NCBI GenBank assembly: GCA_964016885.1 | Contig: OZ024743.1 | Coordinates: forward strand, 341,558,001 to 341,622,000 | DNA from: Eledone cirrhosa | Taxonomy: Eukaryota | Direction of reading: 5' to 3' | Length of the DNA: 64,000 nucleotides | Part shown: piece after piece, positions 27,078-40,028 of the stretch | How positions within the stretch are numbered: position 1 is the first letter of the stretch | Layout: each line of letters starts with the position of its first letter | The notes under the pieces: model-generated | Told to the model about the DNA's origin: nothing | The model's database searches: none | The model's input: only the letters and a program-made list of their open reading frames with translations | Made by a program: the position numbers and the translations under genes

Positions 27078-28390
27078 GACGTACCTAGCTTCGCTCGGAT
27101 AAACAGATGATAAGGCCGTCTGTGTACTGCTGAAAATATATAGTATAGTATAGTATTACTGTTGAAAATATATAGTATATTATAGTATTACTGTTGAAAA
27201 TATATAGTATAGTATGACTGTTGAAAGCATATAGTATATCATAGTATTACTGTTGAAATATAAAGTATATTATTATTGTTGAAAATATATAGTGTAGTAT
27301 TACTGTTGAAAATATATAGTATAGTATTTCTGTTGAAAATATATAGTTCAGTATACTATTCAAAATATATAGTACAGTACAGAATTACTGTTGAAAATAT
27401 ATAGTGCGGTATTACTGTTGAAAATATATAGTACAGTATAGTATTGCTGTCGAAAATATATAATATAATATTACTGTTGAAAACATATAGTATAGTATTA
27501 CTGTTGAAAATATATGTTATAGTATTAGTGTTAAAGATATATAGTACAGTATTACTGTTGAAAACATATAGTGTAGTATTAGTGTTGAAAATATATGGTA
27601 TAGTATAGTATTACTGTTGAAAATATATACTCAAATATATAATTATATGTACATATATAATTAATTAAAAGATGGTTAGAAGCGAAATCAATGCAGACAG
27701 GCAGCCAGACAGAGGGGTATTATAAGGGGGCGATGTTATAGCTATGTATCTGTCTAAAATGACAGAGTAAGAAAGAGAGAGAGGAATGTCGTATTATATA
27801 TATTATATATAATATAAAGTACCAGTAATGTACTGTGGTAATTGCTGGCCTTGAGCCAAAAGTAGAAACAATTATACTCCTTTTTTAATATAACTGTAAA
27901 TAACATGTTTATGTATGTATATATACGTATAAAGGAATGCTGTAATAAAATGGACAAATTAAACTGTCTCTTATTTATGATAGTAACACTATATATATAT
28001 ATATATATATATACACTATATATACATATATACACACAGATAGCGAAGTCAATGTACAGAAAGGTTTTCATAATGCAGACAGCCAGACATACACAGACAT
28101 ATTATAAGGCGTGACGTTATAGCCTTGTATCTATCTAAAAAGACAGACTAAGAAAGAGAGAGGAATGTCGTAAAAGTGTTCGCTAACCGGAAGTGTTGAC
28201 ATTTGAACATTTTAAAGAAGTGACTATTTAAATAAACAATAAAATATCTTTAATCTTTTAACGAGATTTAGTAGACAAAAATACCCTCATTTTCTTACTT
28301 CAAAAAATTATATCTATGGTGCAAATTTGTTACCATTTGGTCCAGCAGTTTGGCGAAAGTTTTGTTACATACATACGGCCGTCAGCTTTA

Positions 28391-28395
<5 letters not shown>
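27073..28395 (-). mobile_element. Non-autonomous Helitron-like element with an internal minisatellite
   Basis: The left end tagttgacgtacctagcttcgctcgg resembles the Helitron 3' hairpin end at 62463. It has an internal tandem array and is bounded by (TA)n on both sides. Confidence 0.5.
27125..27630. repeat. 27/32-bp minisatellite
   Basis: Unit tattactgttgaaaatatatagtatag(tatag) repeated about 17 times. Confidence 0.93.
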
Positions 28396-28454
<59 letters not shown>

Positions 28455-28465
<11 letters not shown>

Positions 28466-28711
28466 ACTTTCGCCGTATTTTTTACTATAGAAATTTAAGC
28501 CTGACAATGGGGTTTAGAACCCGCTAAGAATTGGAAAAAGATGAGTATTGATATACAAGTGAGTCGAACCCACATCTATCCAGACCACTGTGCTACCATT
28601 ACAGCAACACATCACCTATCTCTTTTCATTCAAATTAGAAGCTGCAAGCATGATGACAAGTGAGTATGTTTAGCTAAAATTTCTTTAGTGAAAAATACAG
28701 CGAAGCTTCTA

Positions 28712-28718
<7 letters not shown>
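28455..28718. mobile_element. MITE-like element with ~40-bp imperfect TIRs and an internal tRNA-like segment
   Basis: agaaactttcgccgtattttttactatagaaattt versus aaatttctttagtgaaaaatacagcgaagcttct. The mirror symmetry extends into (GA)n/(TC)n and (TA)n. Confidence 0.6.
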
Positions 28719-28767
<49 letters not shown>

Positions 28768-28770
<3 letters not shown>

Positions 28771-29135
28771 CCAGGACTATAATTTATATATATATAATAT
28801 CATAATACCAGGACTATAATTTATTATTTGTTCATATATTAAGTAAGTGATTATATAAGTTCGACCTTCTAGGGAAAACCGAACTATAATTTATTATTAG
28901 TTCATATATTATATTAAGTAAATGATTATATAAGTTCGATCTTCCAGGGAAGACCAAACACTTATAATAATGTCATTTGGGTGTTTAAATTATTTATATA
29001 AATGTAACTACGATTATGTTAAAGATATTTGTATAAAACTATATATATATAGATGTACTAGCTGTTAATGAAAGGCTAAACATTTAATAAAAATAGTAAT
29101 TATAATCATTGTTATTAGTTTTATACAAATGTAAC
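28768..29135. repeat. AT-rich segment that is the reverse complement of 32663-33015
   Basis: aagttcgaccttctagggaaaaccgaac versus gttcggttttccctagaaggtcgaactt. Has internal ~70- and ~120-bp sub-repeats. Confidence 0.85.
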
Positions 29136-29518
29136 TATGATTATGTTATTATACCAGATAAAGTTATTTGTGCAAACTATATATAGAGATATACTAAGTA
29201 TTAATCAAACGGTATACATTTAATAAAGAATAACGATTATAATCTTTGTCAGTAGTTTCATATTGGTGTAACCACGATTATCTTATTATACTAGATTAAG
29301 ATATTTGTACAAACTATACATAGATATACTAGATATTAATGAGACGGTATATATCTAATAAAAAATAGCGATTACAAACATTGTTAGTAGTTCCACTTCG
29401 AGTTCAGTGGAGAGATAAACCAATATTTGTCTGCTAGTATAGCTTGTTAAATATACATAAAAAAGCAAAGCGCAAAACCAACTTTCTGAGTCCTCAAAAA
29501 GCATCTCAAAATGAGTAA

Positions 29519-29577
<59 letters not shown>

Positions 29578-29879
29578 TATATACATATATATAAAAATAT
29601 AAACGCATGAATGATCCACAGTTCAAATTAAAGTCAGTAAAATTTACAGGTTAGATATCTAAACTATATATTTAAAACAGAGATAGAAAAATAAAGATCT
29701 GAATCAAGGCTAAAAATATCAAAAAAAAACATAGGGTATGCATATCTAACCAGTAAACAAGTTATCAAACAAGTGTCATTCCAACATTAGTTCCATTATA
29801 AATTATTAAAGTTTTATAAGCCGTTATGACTTATATGTTCAACAATTGATGATGTACGTCGAGAATCAGGCTTGGTTGC

Positions 29880-32083
29880 TTACTGTTTTTTCCTGACTTT
29901 ATGCGAGGCTTGGAATGTAGACAAAGCTTTATGAAGGCAGTTTGAGAATAATTCACTTTTTTGTTAATTAAGTTTTCATAATTATTAATTATTAATAGGG
30001 TCTCCTTTGTACAGAGGCTGCAGTTAATTGATATATTTGAGTTGAGATAAACTCCACTATTACAAAGTTTCGTCCGAAAGATCGAGTATTTTAAATTTTT
30101 GTCTTTTAATGACCATATAAGCTGTGATAAAGAAGTCGAAGATTTCCTATTAGAATTCGAAAATGAGCATTTATGATTCGCAAATCTAGCCTTAAATGTA
30201 GCTCCTATGTAGTTGTATGTGTTGTTATTTGTTTTTACGGTGCATTTATACACCAAATTACTATCCAAACAATTATTTTGCAGAGGGCAATCTGGTTTAT
30301 TTCTACAATGACATTTTGATTTATTATTATTTATGTTAACACTATTATTAATATCATTATGTTGATTTTGATTTAGAATTTTACTGTTTATTTTAGCAAA
30401 TGTTTTGGGCCATATTCATAGTTGTAGAATGAGATAATTTAATAGTGTGTCTAGTAAAAATGGAATGGTATTTATGTTGACTAGGGAAAGAGCTATCCAA
30501 AGCTTTAAAGAATAGATTAGCTATTGGTGTTCTTACTGCTATAGAAGCGGGGGGGGGGGACAATATAACTGATTTAGTTCTGGTTCTTTTCCTCGATTTA
30601 TTCACAGTCTAGGTGTTTGAATTACTAGAATTTATAGAATTTCGTTTATATATGCCTTTATTTTTTTCAGGATTAAAACTTGGACTATTATTGTCTACAT
30701 ATTCTATATTATTTTTATAACCTGCCCTTTTTAGCGCTACATTGTAATATCCTGCATTTTCATCAAATATTGCTTTATTGGCAGATATTCTATTAATGTG
30801 TTTTTGCACACTATTTACAATTGCTTTTTTTACTAACTTAGGGTGATTGGAGTAATAACTAACGTAATTTAAGTTTTCATTGGAAAGGGTAATAAAAACC
30901 ATAGTTTAAGTTAAACGTAACATCAAGAAAATTAACTATTTTCGTACCACTTTCTACTTCAAGCTTAAGGTCCTACATTTTAAAGAATCCAATTATATTT
31001 TTCTTTACTCTATTTAGTTCAATATAGTTGTGTTTCACAACCGCAAATAAAATGTCGTCCCTATATATACCACCGGTAATCTCCGGCAGTTTTCTATTTA
31101 TCATATTTAATATGAAAATCCACAGAAGATCTGTGATTTGCGCTGAATGAGATGACCCCATGGTAATGTCAAAGTTTCTATTTCTATCTGAGCGGGTTCA
31201 ATACTTATTGTTGAAGTTAACAAGAGTTCTTCTAGCAGTTAATATGATATCAATTTCATCCGTAGTTAGATCAGTATGCTTCTCAGCATATGAGATAGCC
31301 TTATTTAGTTGGTTGGGCGTTATGTCCATCTGGATGAAATTACGGTTTTTCTTATCATCTATATTCTTATACCATTCAATGACTTCGTTTGTATCTTTCC
31401 ACAAGCTCAATTTAGACCAGGTAGAATTCTATCGATAATATTTTTACTGATTACTCCAATATCCGATTTGGATAGAAGAATCAGTCTAACTGGCAGGTCT
31501 TCCTCGAAGTTTCTTTTGTGATCTGTGAAATTGATCCGCGGCTGCCTAGGTATAAGGAGCTCTGTTCTTTCTTCGATTCCTAATTTGGTAATTAATTTAT
31601 ATGCATCGTTATTAATGTCTGTAACATCTTCAGCCGGGGCTTTTTTATAATTTTTCCTAAGTTCCTTTCAAATCAAGTTATTATATTCTTCTTTATTTAT
31701 CCCATATAAATTGTTTGTTTTGTCCGATTTTACCAATAATTTATTAACTTTTTATATTTCCGTGATTTTTTCTTTTAGAGTTTTAAGGTATTGGTGACCT
31801 ATATATGGGTTTTTCCTAAATTTAATTTTTTTAAGTATACCGAGCATTTCAGTTTCAAAATCCTCCAGGAGTTTGTTGTATGGAGGATTCTTTCTTGATT
31901 TAAATAAAGATTCGAAATGATTGCTGTTGTTTTTCTTTTAGCATCTTTATTTTCGACATGAAATGCTCGCCATCTCATTCTTCTTATAAAAGAGTTTGTT
32001 TGTTCGATAATTTTCCTCATGTATTCCTCATTAGATGGTATTGGTATATCCTTGAGAGATGTCGGGAAGGTTAAGAAATCCAT
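29880..32083 (-). pseudogene. PLE reverse transcriptase plus GIY-YIG endonuclease (frameshifted)
   Basis: N-terminus SLKDIPIPS..IIEQTNSFIRRMRWRA. RT motifs MGSSHSAQITDL and GIYRDD. Then YYSNHPK, CHCRNKPDCPLQNNCL, LVYKC..YIG and RFANH. Confidence 0.88.
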
Positions 32084-32285
32084 AATTTATTGAATATGCA
32101 ATCTATTGTATAGAAAAACGCTCACCAACTGGGAGCTATATATATTAAAGAGTTAAACAAGATTCAATGAGTACATCAAAGAATGTGTTTTACAATAGAT
32201 TGGAAGCACTCTAAAAAAATATTTTCCAGAGTTATTCATATTAATTAAAATATTAACAAAAATAGATATTCTTGTGATCAATTAA

Positions 32286-32350
32286 ATTTTATTATACATA
32301 TTTCAGAGGTACTGAATTAAGTTCAACAGTACGTCCTCATCAGATAAAAT
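32286..32350 (-). ncRNA. Type I hammerhead ribozyme upstream of the PLE ORF
   Basis: attttat-CTGATGA-gga c gtactg (loop) cagtac c tct-GAAA-t-atgt-a-TA-ataaaat. Stem I is a perfect 7 bp. It is in sense orientation ~200 nt before the ATG. Confidence 0.82.
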
Positions 32351-33777
32351 AAAATGATACTTGACAAACCCTAACATGGTAGATGGTTAAGATTTAATCA
32401 AGGTAGTGATTAACTTATGAGAAAACTCAATATTTATACCCTAATATTGAGAGCATGAGAAAACGTAATAGAATCAATAGAGAGAGTGTGTTAGTAATAT
32501 ATTTTAAGAAATACATTGCCTTAATGCAACAGTTTTAGAAATTTTAATATTTAAAATACTACTATAGAACTATGCGGTAGAGGAAAGTATAGAGGAAGAC
32601 GTAGCTGAAGTTATAACTTATTTAGTATTTAGCTTGAGAAGACAAATGACAGATAATTAAAGTATAATAACATAATCATAGTTACATTTGTATAAAACTA
32701 ATAACAATGATTATAATTACTATTTTTATTAAATGTTTACCGTTTCATTAATACCTAGTACATCTATATATAGTTTTATACAAATATCTTTAACATAATC
32801 GTAGTTACATTTATATAAATAATTTAAACACCCAAATGACATTATTATAAGTGTTTGGTCTTCCCTGGAAGATCGAACTTATATAATCATTTACTTAATA
32901 TAATATATGAACTAATAATAAATTATAGTTCGGTTTTCCCTAGAAGGTCGAACTTATATAATCACTTACTTAATAAAATATATGAACAAATGATAAATTA
33001 TAGTCCTGGTATTATGATCAATACACACATATATATATAGCTGAAAACTCTGACTTCTTTAGGTTTAATTATAAGACCTGTTAATATTTTAGGCACTATA
33101 ACTATTTAACAATAAATTCTTTCATAGTTTTAACTGTAATTATCTCATAGATTATATTATAGAAAATGTTGTTATTGTTATAAGTAATTTTGATAAAGAT
33201 TACCTTTGTGGGAATATTGAACATTATATGTATATTTTCTTTCTTTCGCGGACTTCGTAAATCCTTTAAATTTTGTATTTTAGAAATTTAACATAATTAT
33301 ATTATAATATTAATACAAATACCCATCAACTTTTAAAACCTAAAATTGTGATTTTTTACCCTGAAATAACAAATTAAATATTTTGAAAATTAACCGCCAA
33401 AACTATATATGATTATGTGTGTAAAAAAACATTTGAGCATAAATTACACCCCTTTGTCTCTCCCTCTCTTTAATTATCTGTTATTTGTCTTCTCAAGCTA
33501 AATACTAAATAAGTTATAACTTCAGCTACGTCTTCCTCTATACTTTCGCTACCGCATAGTTCTATAGTAGTATTTTAAATATTAAACATTCTATAACGTT
33601 GAATTAAGACAATGTACTTCTTAAAATATATTACTCACACACTCTCTCTATTGATTCTATTACGTTTTCTCAGGTTCTCAATATTAGGGTATAAATATTG
33701 AGTTTTCTCATAAGGTAATCACTACCTTGATTAAATCTTAACCATTTACCATGTCAGGGTTTGTCATGTATCATTTT

Positions 33778-33842
33778 ATTTTATCTGATGAAGACCTACT
33801 GTTGAACTTAATTCAGTACCTCTGAAATATGTATAATAACAT
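33778..33842 (+). ncRNA. Hammerhead in the inverted pLTR
   Basis: attttat CTGATGA agacctactg..cagtacctct GAAA tatgtaTA ataacat. Confidence 0.72.
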
Positions 33843-33981
33843 TTAATTGATCACAACAATATCTATGTTGGTTAATATTTGAAATAATATTAATAACTCT
33901 GGAAATTTTTTTACTTGTAGAGTGCTTCCAATCTACTGTAAAACTCATTCTTTGATGTACTCATTGAATTTTGTTTAACTC

Positions 33982-34052
<71 letters not shown>

Positions 34053-34180
34053 GAGTCAATCAACACGATTCCAGACCTCATTCGCATAACGAGTGGTGTG
34101 GAACTTGTCGAATCAGACCGAGAGAACAATGTTTCCATTGCTAATACTATCTGTCGCAAATAAAGTAACAGGGACGAGGA

Positions 34181-34380
34181 GTTAGATCTTCATTGCATTT
34201 ATTGAGGTGTGAGGTGTGTTTCGCGATTGATTAGTTCAAGCTTCGATCTGTATCGTTCGGGTCCGATTCTGGTATCAAAGGTCCGACGAGTTTTTCATTC
34301 CAGATTGATACAGATCGACCATTCAGCTGATCAATCGGGTAATGCGCGTCACACCTCAATGAATGTAATGAAGATCTAAC
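34181..34380. mobile_element. ~200-bp hairpin (MITE-like fold-back)
   Basis: gttagatcttcattgcatttattgaggtgtga versus tcacacctcaatgaatgtaatgaagatctaac. Inner pairs are cgattgattagtt/agctgatcaatcg and tcgatctgtatc/gatacagatcga. Confidence 0.75.
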
Positions 34381-34409
34381 ACCTGGTACTTATTATTATT
34401 GTTATTATT

Positions 34410-34712
34410 ACACTCTGCTTTACGGTCTGAGATCAAATCCCGCCGAGGGTAACTTTGCCTTTCATCCTTACGGGGTCGATAAAATAAAGTACCAGTCACG
34501 CCCTGGGGTCGATTTAATCGACTTTCCCCTCCCCCAAATTACTGGCCTTGTGACCATATAAGAAACCATTATTACACTCTGCTTTACGATCTGAGTTCAA
34601 ATCCCGTCGAAATTAATTTTGTCTTTCATCCTTACGGGATCGATAAAATAAACTACTAGTAATGCACTGGGGTAATTGCTGGCCTTGTGCTAAAAGTAGA
34701 AACAATTATTAC
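34410..34712 (+). mobile_element. Two tandem 5'-truncated tRNA-SINE copies
   Basis: attacactctgctttacg..tctgag.tcaaatcccg..ctttcatccttacggg.tcgataaaataaa occurs twice. Confidence 0.8.
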
Positions 34713-35405
34713 AATCTGCTTAGTACTACACCAGTATACATACTAGAAACTGCGCATCGAGTGCTCACTTTGCTGAACCTACAGTGACTTGACGTTACAC
34801 TCCCTGTGTATATATATATATATTTATTTTTTCAGTGTGGTCTAGCCTTGGTTGTAGGGTCCGTACCGTAGATAGAACTCAATGTAATCAGATGGCGAGT
34901 AATCCAATGAAATCCATAGAATGGTTCCGTGATCCGCTGAGTTAATTCCTTAACTCTTATTTATTGCCTTTGCACTGGTATTCACCCACTTAACGACCTT
35001 AAGTAACATTTGTGCATAGATTTCTACTATTCTTCTCCCACTGGTAATGGTATATCTATTTTTGTATTTACCCTGTTTATATACTACCAATAAAGATTCG
35101 AACTTCATTGTTGCCGAAGAGCACGGTCTGATTGGACCTTATATATGACGTCTGATAGAATACAGTTATATAACTGCTATAGATCAGACAATGTGTCAAT
35201 ATGTTCACCCCTCCCAAACGATCGTAAAACAATGATATGTATAGGTAAAATAACTCCACTTTATTTTCATTATGTTCCTTGTCAAATTAATACCTAACAT
35301 ATATATATGTCCGAAACGTTAAGACCCTCTTCCTGCTATTTAAAGCGTTAACCTAATATATTCCTTCTATATACTGTACCGATTGTGTTGTTATTTCTGT
35401 TTAGC

Positions 35406-35527
<122 letters not shown>

Positions 35528-35558
35528 AGATCAAAAGATGGTTAAAGGAGTTCCATGT

Positions 35559-35627
35559 ATTTTATTATGCGCATTTCAAAAAGAAACATCATCATGCAAT
35601 AATATTTGTGTTTTCATCAGATAAAAC
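35559..35627 (-). ncRNA. Type I hammerhead ribozyme
   Basis: gttttat-CTGATGA-aaa cac aaatattatt gcat gatgatgttt ctt ttt-GAAA-t-GCGC-a-TA-ataaaat. Stem/loop III is palindromic (ATGCGCAT). Confidence 0.75.
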
Positions 35628-36624
35628 AGGAGAACATGATATGGAGGCTAAAAAACAGTTGTGCATAGTGCAGTTTTAAATCAACATATGAAAAGTGGTT
35701 TTAGATTGATGTGTGATATTGGGAAAAATATTTTATTTAGAGAGGGGGGGGGGAGGATGAAAAGGGAAGGAGATGAGAGGGAGAGATGGGTGATAGAGAG
35801 AAAGAGATAGTTTTTATAACTGAGAGGAGATATATTTTTTGCATAGAGAGGTTGAAAACCGTTGGAAGATACTGTATAAATTAAAAATTTTGAAAATTAA
35901 CGAAGGGAGGATATGTGCGAGGAAAAAATATTTTATTTAGGGAGGGGGTGGGTTTGAAAGGATGAAAAAAAGGGGGAGGAGATGAGAGTGAAGGTGGAGA
36001 GGGAGAGATGGGTGATAGAGAGAAAGAGATAGTTTTTATAACTGAGAAAAAGATATATTGTTTTAACATAGAGAGGTTGGGAACCGTTGGAAGATAATGT
36101 ATAAATTAAAGGAATTTGAAAATTAACGAAGGGAAATTATGTATGAAGATAGAGAGAAAAAAATAATAATTGTGGATGAATATTCTAACGTCAAAAAAAG
36201 AAATGTATGTATTGTGGCAATTTCAAAATTAACGAAGAGAAAAATTATTAAGGTTTGTGTGTAGAAGGATTTGAGAAAAATAATGTGAAGTTAAAGTTTG
36301 TATATTGATTGAATTGATAATATATGCGAATAAAGAGTTAATATGTATTAATAATGAGTTCGTTGATGGGGAGAAAAAAATAATAAATTAAGGATGAAAT
36401 TGAGATTAAAAAGATTTATGATAGAGAGAGAAAATAATAATGATTGCGGATGAATATTCTAACGTCAAAACAACAGATGTATATGTTATGATTTGAGGGT
36501 AATGAGTAAACAAGTATTATAGAGTGTATAATGCCCTTTAAAGTAAGGTAGATGGGTATATTTTAAAGAGGTGTATGTATATGTGCCTTTGAGAAAAGAT
36601 TCTAAATTGATAAAGAATTGAATA

Positions 36625-37197
36625 TTAACTGTATACTTTGTGAAAAGTTCTATGGAATTTATGCAGGCAGATAGAAAACAAATCTGTGCGTCTATTTATT
36701 ATAGAATCTAGGTTAGAGATAATGGTAAATTTTTCATTTAGGCAGAGATTACAGATTTTAGATAGAGAGCTGTTCAAGTATGAGGATGCAGAAGAAATCT
36801 TCTCCCAAAAGATGGTATATTTAATGTTTTTGTCTTTTAAGGACCATATGAGTTCTGAGAGAGCAGTGTTAGTTCTTTTAAGTTTGTATTTGAAAGATGA
36901 ATGATGATTATAGAGACGAGCTTTAAAAGAGGTGGAAGTGGAGCCAAAATAGGTGAAGGAATTGGTGCTAGTTATAATTTTACATTCATAAATTAAGTTT
37001 TTATCGAGACAATGGTTGTTGAGAGGACATTTATTTTTAATGCGGCAGTTGCAATTAGAGAGATTATTAATGAGTGATCTAGTGTTATCTATAGAAGGAA
37101 TTGGATTGGAGAAGTTGTTTGCGATAGGAATAATAGGAATAATAGTTTCTTGATTTAGAGTTGGATTATGAACATTTAGCGAAGTTGTGTTTGACGT

Positions 37198-37198
<1 letters not shown>
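36625..37198 (-). pseudogene. PLE GIY-YIG endonuclease domain, uninterrupted but 5'-truncated
   Basis: CNCRIKNKCPLNNHCL, LIYEC..YFGST..FKARLYNH, CNLCLNEK and SICLHK. Confidence 0.88.
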
Positions 37199-37243
<45 letters not shown>

Positions 37244-38533
37244 TTCTTTCCTTTTCAGAACTGGGGGAGAGAAAATATTTCCTGCAATATTTTATGCCCG
37301 TTATTTCATAGATATTTATGAAACAAGAAGTCATAGATACCGCGCGGAAAATCATTGGAATAATGTCCCTTTAGTTCTAATTCGTAACAAATGTTTCATT
37401 CTGTTTTTGATTAGAACTTCTCATTAAATATTATGTACGTTTATCTTCCTTTCAAGTAGAATGGTAATTGGCTATTCCTAGTATAATGAGTTAGAGTATG
37501 AATACAAAATAAAGATCAAAGATTCCACCGATTTAGTCACTCAAAACACACATACAGACAAAAGCTCACATCATACATTACGCACACATATACATCTCAC
37601 ACAAATTGTTATATTGTATTCTCTTCTTATTTTTCATATATTTTGTGGTGACAAACGTATCGCCACACTTCTGCAACTTAGTTATTGGCGCAATTTCACT
37701 GCAACGCAAATAATGTATCGGGTTGATTTCATCCGCTGAGCTCTATTTGATGATTCACTATTTCAAATAAGCGGCTATTGTAATAAAACTTCACATCTTG
37801 GTTTGAATATATTGTTAAAGCTATTATACTTAATCTCGTCTTACTCTTTCTTAATATAACGGTAAGTAGCTGGACATATATATTCTTAGATGAAACTATT
37901 TTGTTTAATTCACACTAGTAAATCTATTACTAAATATGTTGAGGAATAAATATACGCTCCGAATGTATAAGCATTCGAACATATTCAAAGAAATAGTTAT
38001 TTCAAATTTGAAATTACGAATAACGTTACTAGCCATGTCAGTGATTCTTTTCGTCCATAAAATATTGTGCAGAACCATGAAATTCTCAGATTCTTATATT
38101 TCTATCTTTATCTCTAAACATGAAACCTTGCAACTTTGCAAGAAATCAATAGGTTGTATTTGAATTACAGTAGCTGCAAAGTAAATACAAATGACTTTGC
38201 TATAAAGTTCAAAAACCTAACACAGATTTAGTTGTTTTTACATGGACACGTAGAAGATAGAAATATTAAAGTAAAAACATAAAATAAAATATGCGTTAAA
38301 CATTCTGAGTATGAAAGAGATGTATGCAATACTGGATGGTTACACCACGTTCAAATTCTTTCAAGCGGTAATATATACAGCCACTGGGTATAATAGATAA
38401 ATATTGACGGTAATTTTATGAAAGATGTTTTAAAAAAATGAAGTAAAAGGATAAGGCTGGATATCGATTAGATAGTGAACGTCATCTTTGATTATACTAC
38501 ATGTATTTAAGCACATACACTCACGCACACACA

Positions 38534-38615
<82 letters not shown>

Positions 38616-38655
38616 ATCATACACACCCGTGTATATTTACCTATCTATATCTATA

Positions 38656-38701
<46 letters not shown>

Positions 38702-38945
38702 CCTACGTGTATGTGTGTGTAAATATTGTCGTCACAATGCAAATAACTATAAATAATAGTTGAATAAATCTGGTAAAGTAGCCCCAAGAGACGAAATAGA
38801 AGGGACAGAGTTGACAACGGGTTATCGAACCACGCATTTCCCGGTTGAGTGAATTTCACCATTACGGTGAATGCTATCTGGCGGTTTGTTACCAGGTCTT
38901 CAGAAGATGTTGATGTGATGCGAGAATTGAGAATATTATTTGCTT

Positions 38946-39135
38946 GGTGGATTGGCAGTATCGGTAGAGGGCCGGACGCCATGCTTTGACGCATAGAGTG
39001 AAGGCCCTTGCCATCCTGAGTTCAAATCCCGCCGAGGTTAACTTTGCCTTTCATCCTTATGGGGTCGATAAAATAAAGTACCAGTAATGCACTGGGTATT
39101 TGCTGGCCTTGTGCCAAAAGTAGAAACAATTATTT
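38946..39135 (+). mobile_element. tRNA-derived SINE (full length)
   Basis: A-box-like tggcagtatcgg, B-box gagttcaaatcc, conserved body gcctttcatcctt..ggggtcgataaaataaagtaccag, and an (att) tail. Confidence 0.88.
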
Positions 39136-39204
39136 GCTTATATTTTGAAACTTGAAATATATTCGCCATAATTCAGTTAACTATTATAATAATTGGTAAT
39201 TATA

Positions 39205-39394
39205 AATAATTGTTTCTTCTTTTGGCACAAGGCTAGCAATTATCCCAGTGCATTACTGGAATTTTATTTTATCGATCTCATAATGATGATAGGCAAAATT
39301 AACCTCGGCGCGATTTGAAATTAGACCGTAAAGGAGCGTAACTCTTCGCTGCAAAGCATGACGTCCGACCCTCTACCTTTACTGCCAATCCACC
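39205..39394 (-). mobile_element. tRNA-derived SINE, inverted neighbour of 38946
   Basis: Diverged reverse complement of the same family. Further decayed copies are at ~19460-19575, 45670-46040 and 59820-59970. Confidence 0.8.
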
Positions 39395-39970
39395 GATAAT
39401 TATAAATAATGGTTGAATAAATCGAGTAAAATTCCCTGAAAATGGAAAAGTGAACAGAGTTGATTTTATTCAACGTATTATTTATACTTATTTGCATTGT
39501 GTCCAAAATATTTTCAATGTAGCTAGGCACTAAAATAACGTTACGTGTAATAGAAGAGGTGTATAGAAGAATAAATAAAAATGTTTTAAATGTATAATAA
39601 TCTTACACTACTCTCCTTTTAAATATTTTAATCTTTGAAGATATTACCATGCTTATACTAATCACGCCTTAACAATCTGGTTCGCCCTGTATGCAAATGA
39701 GCAACTACAGCTAGTGTTCCTTACAAAAAAAAAGCATATATAAATGTTAGCTTATGTTTGTTTCAATACCGAGTGAGTAAATATCACGAATGACAGACAA
39801 AAATACAGAAACATGAGTCTGACAATCTCAGCGGGTAGGGAGATAACTGTGATATGATTGCAGCTTAAAATATACGCAGTAAGACTCCAGTACAAGTTGC
39901 TTACGCAAGTAATAATATAATATTCATCTATACATAAATACACTTTGTTGGTATATAAAAAAAAAAAAAT

Positions 39971-40026
<56 letters not shown>

Positions 40027-40028
<2 letters not shown>

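Larger units (their letters stand above)
29580..33990 (-). mobile_element. Near-full-length Penelope-like element (Naiad-like) with an inverted 5' pLTR
   Basis: RT plus GIY-YIG pseudo-ORF at 29880-32083. 32130-32662 is the reverse complement of ~33470-33990 and both arms carry a hammerhead. Flanked by (TA)n. Confidence 0.88.

Noticed and set aside
27125-27630. CRISPR-like appearance of the 27/32-bp array (and of 21900-22470)
   Set aside because: There are no unique spacers and no cas genes, and the context is eukaryotic. These are minisatellites.
38946-39030. Genuine tRNA genes at SINE heads
   Set aside because: A/B boxes are present but there is no cloverleaf, and they are followed by the SINE body.
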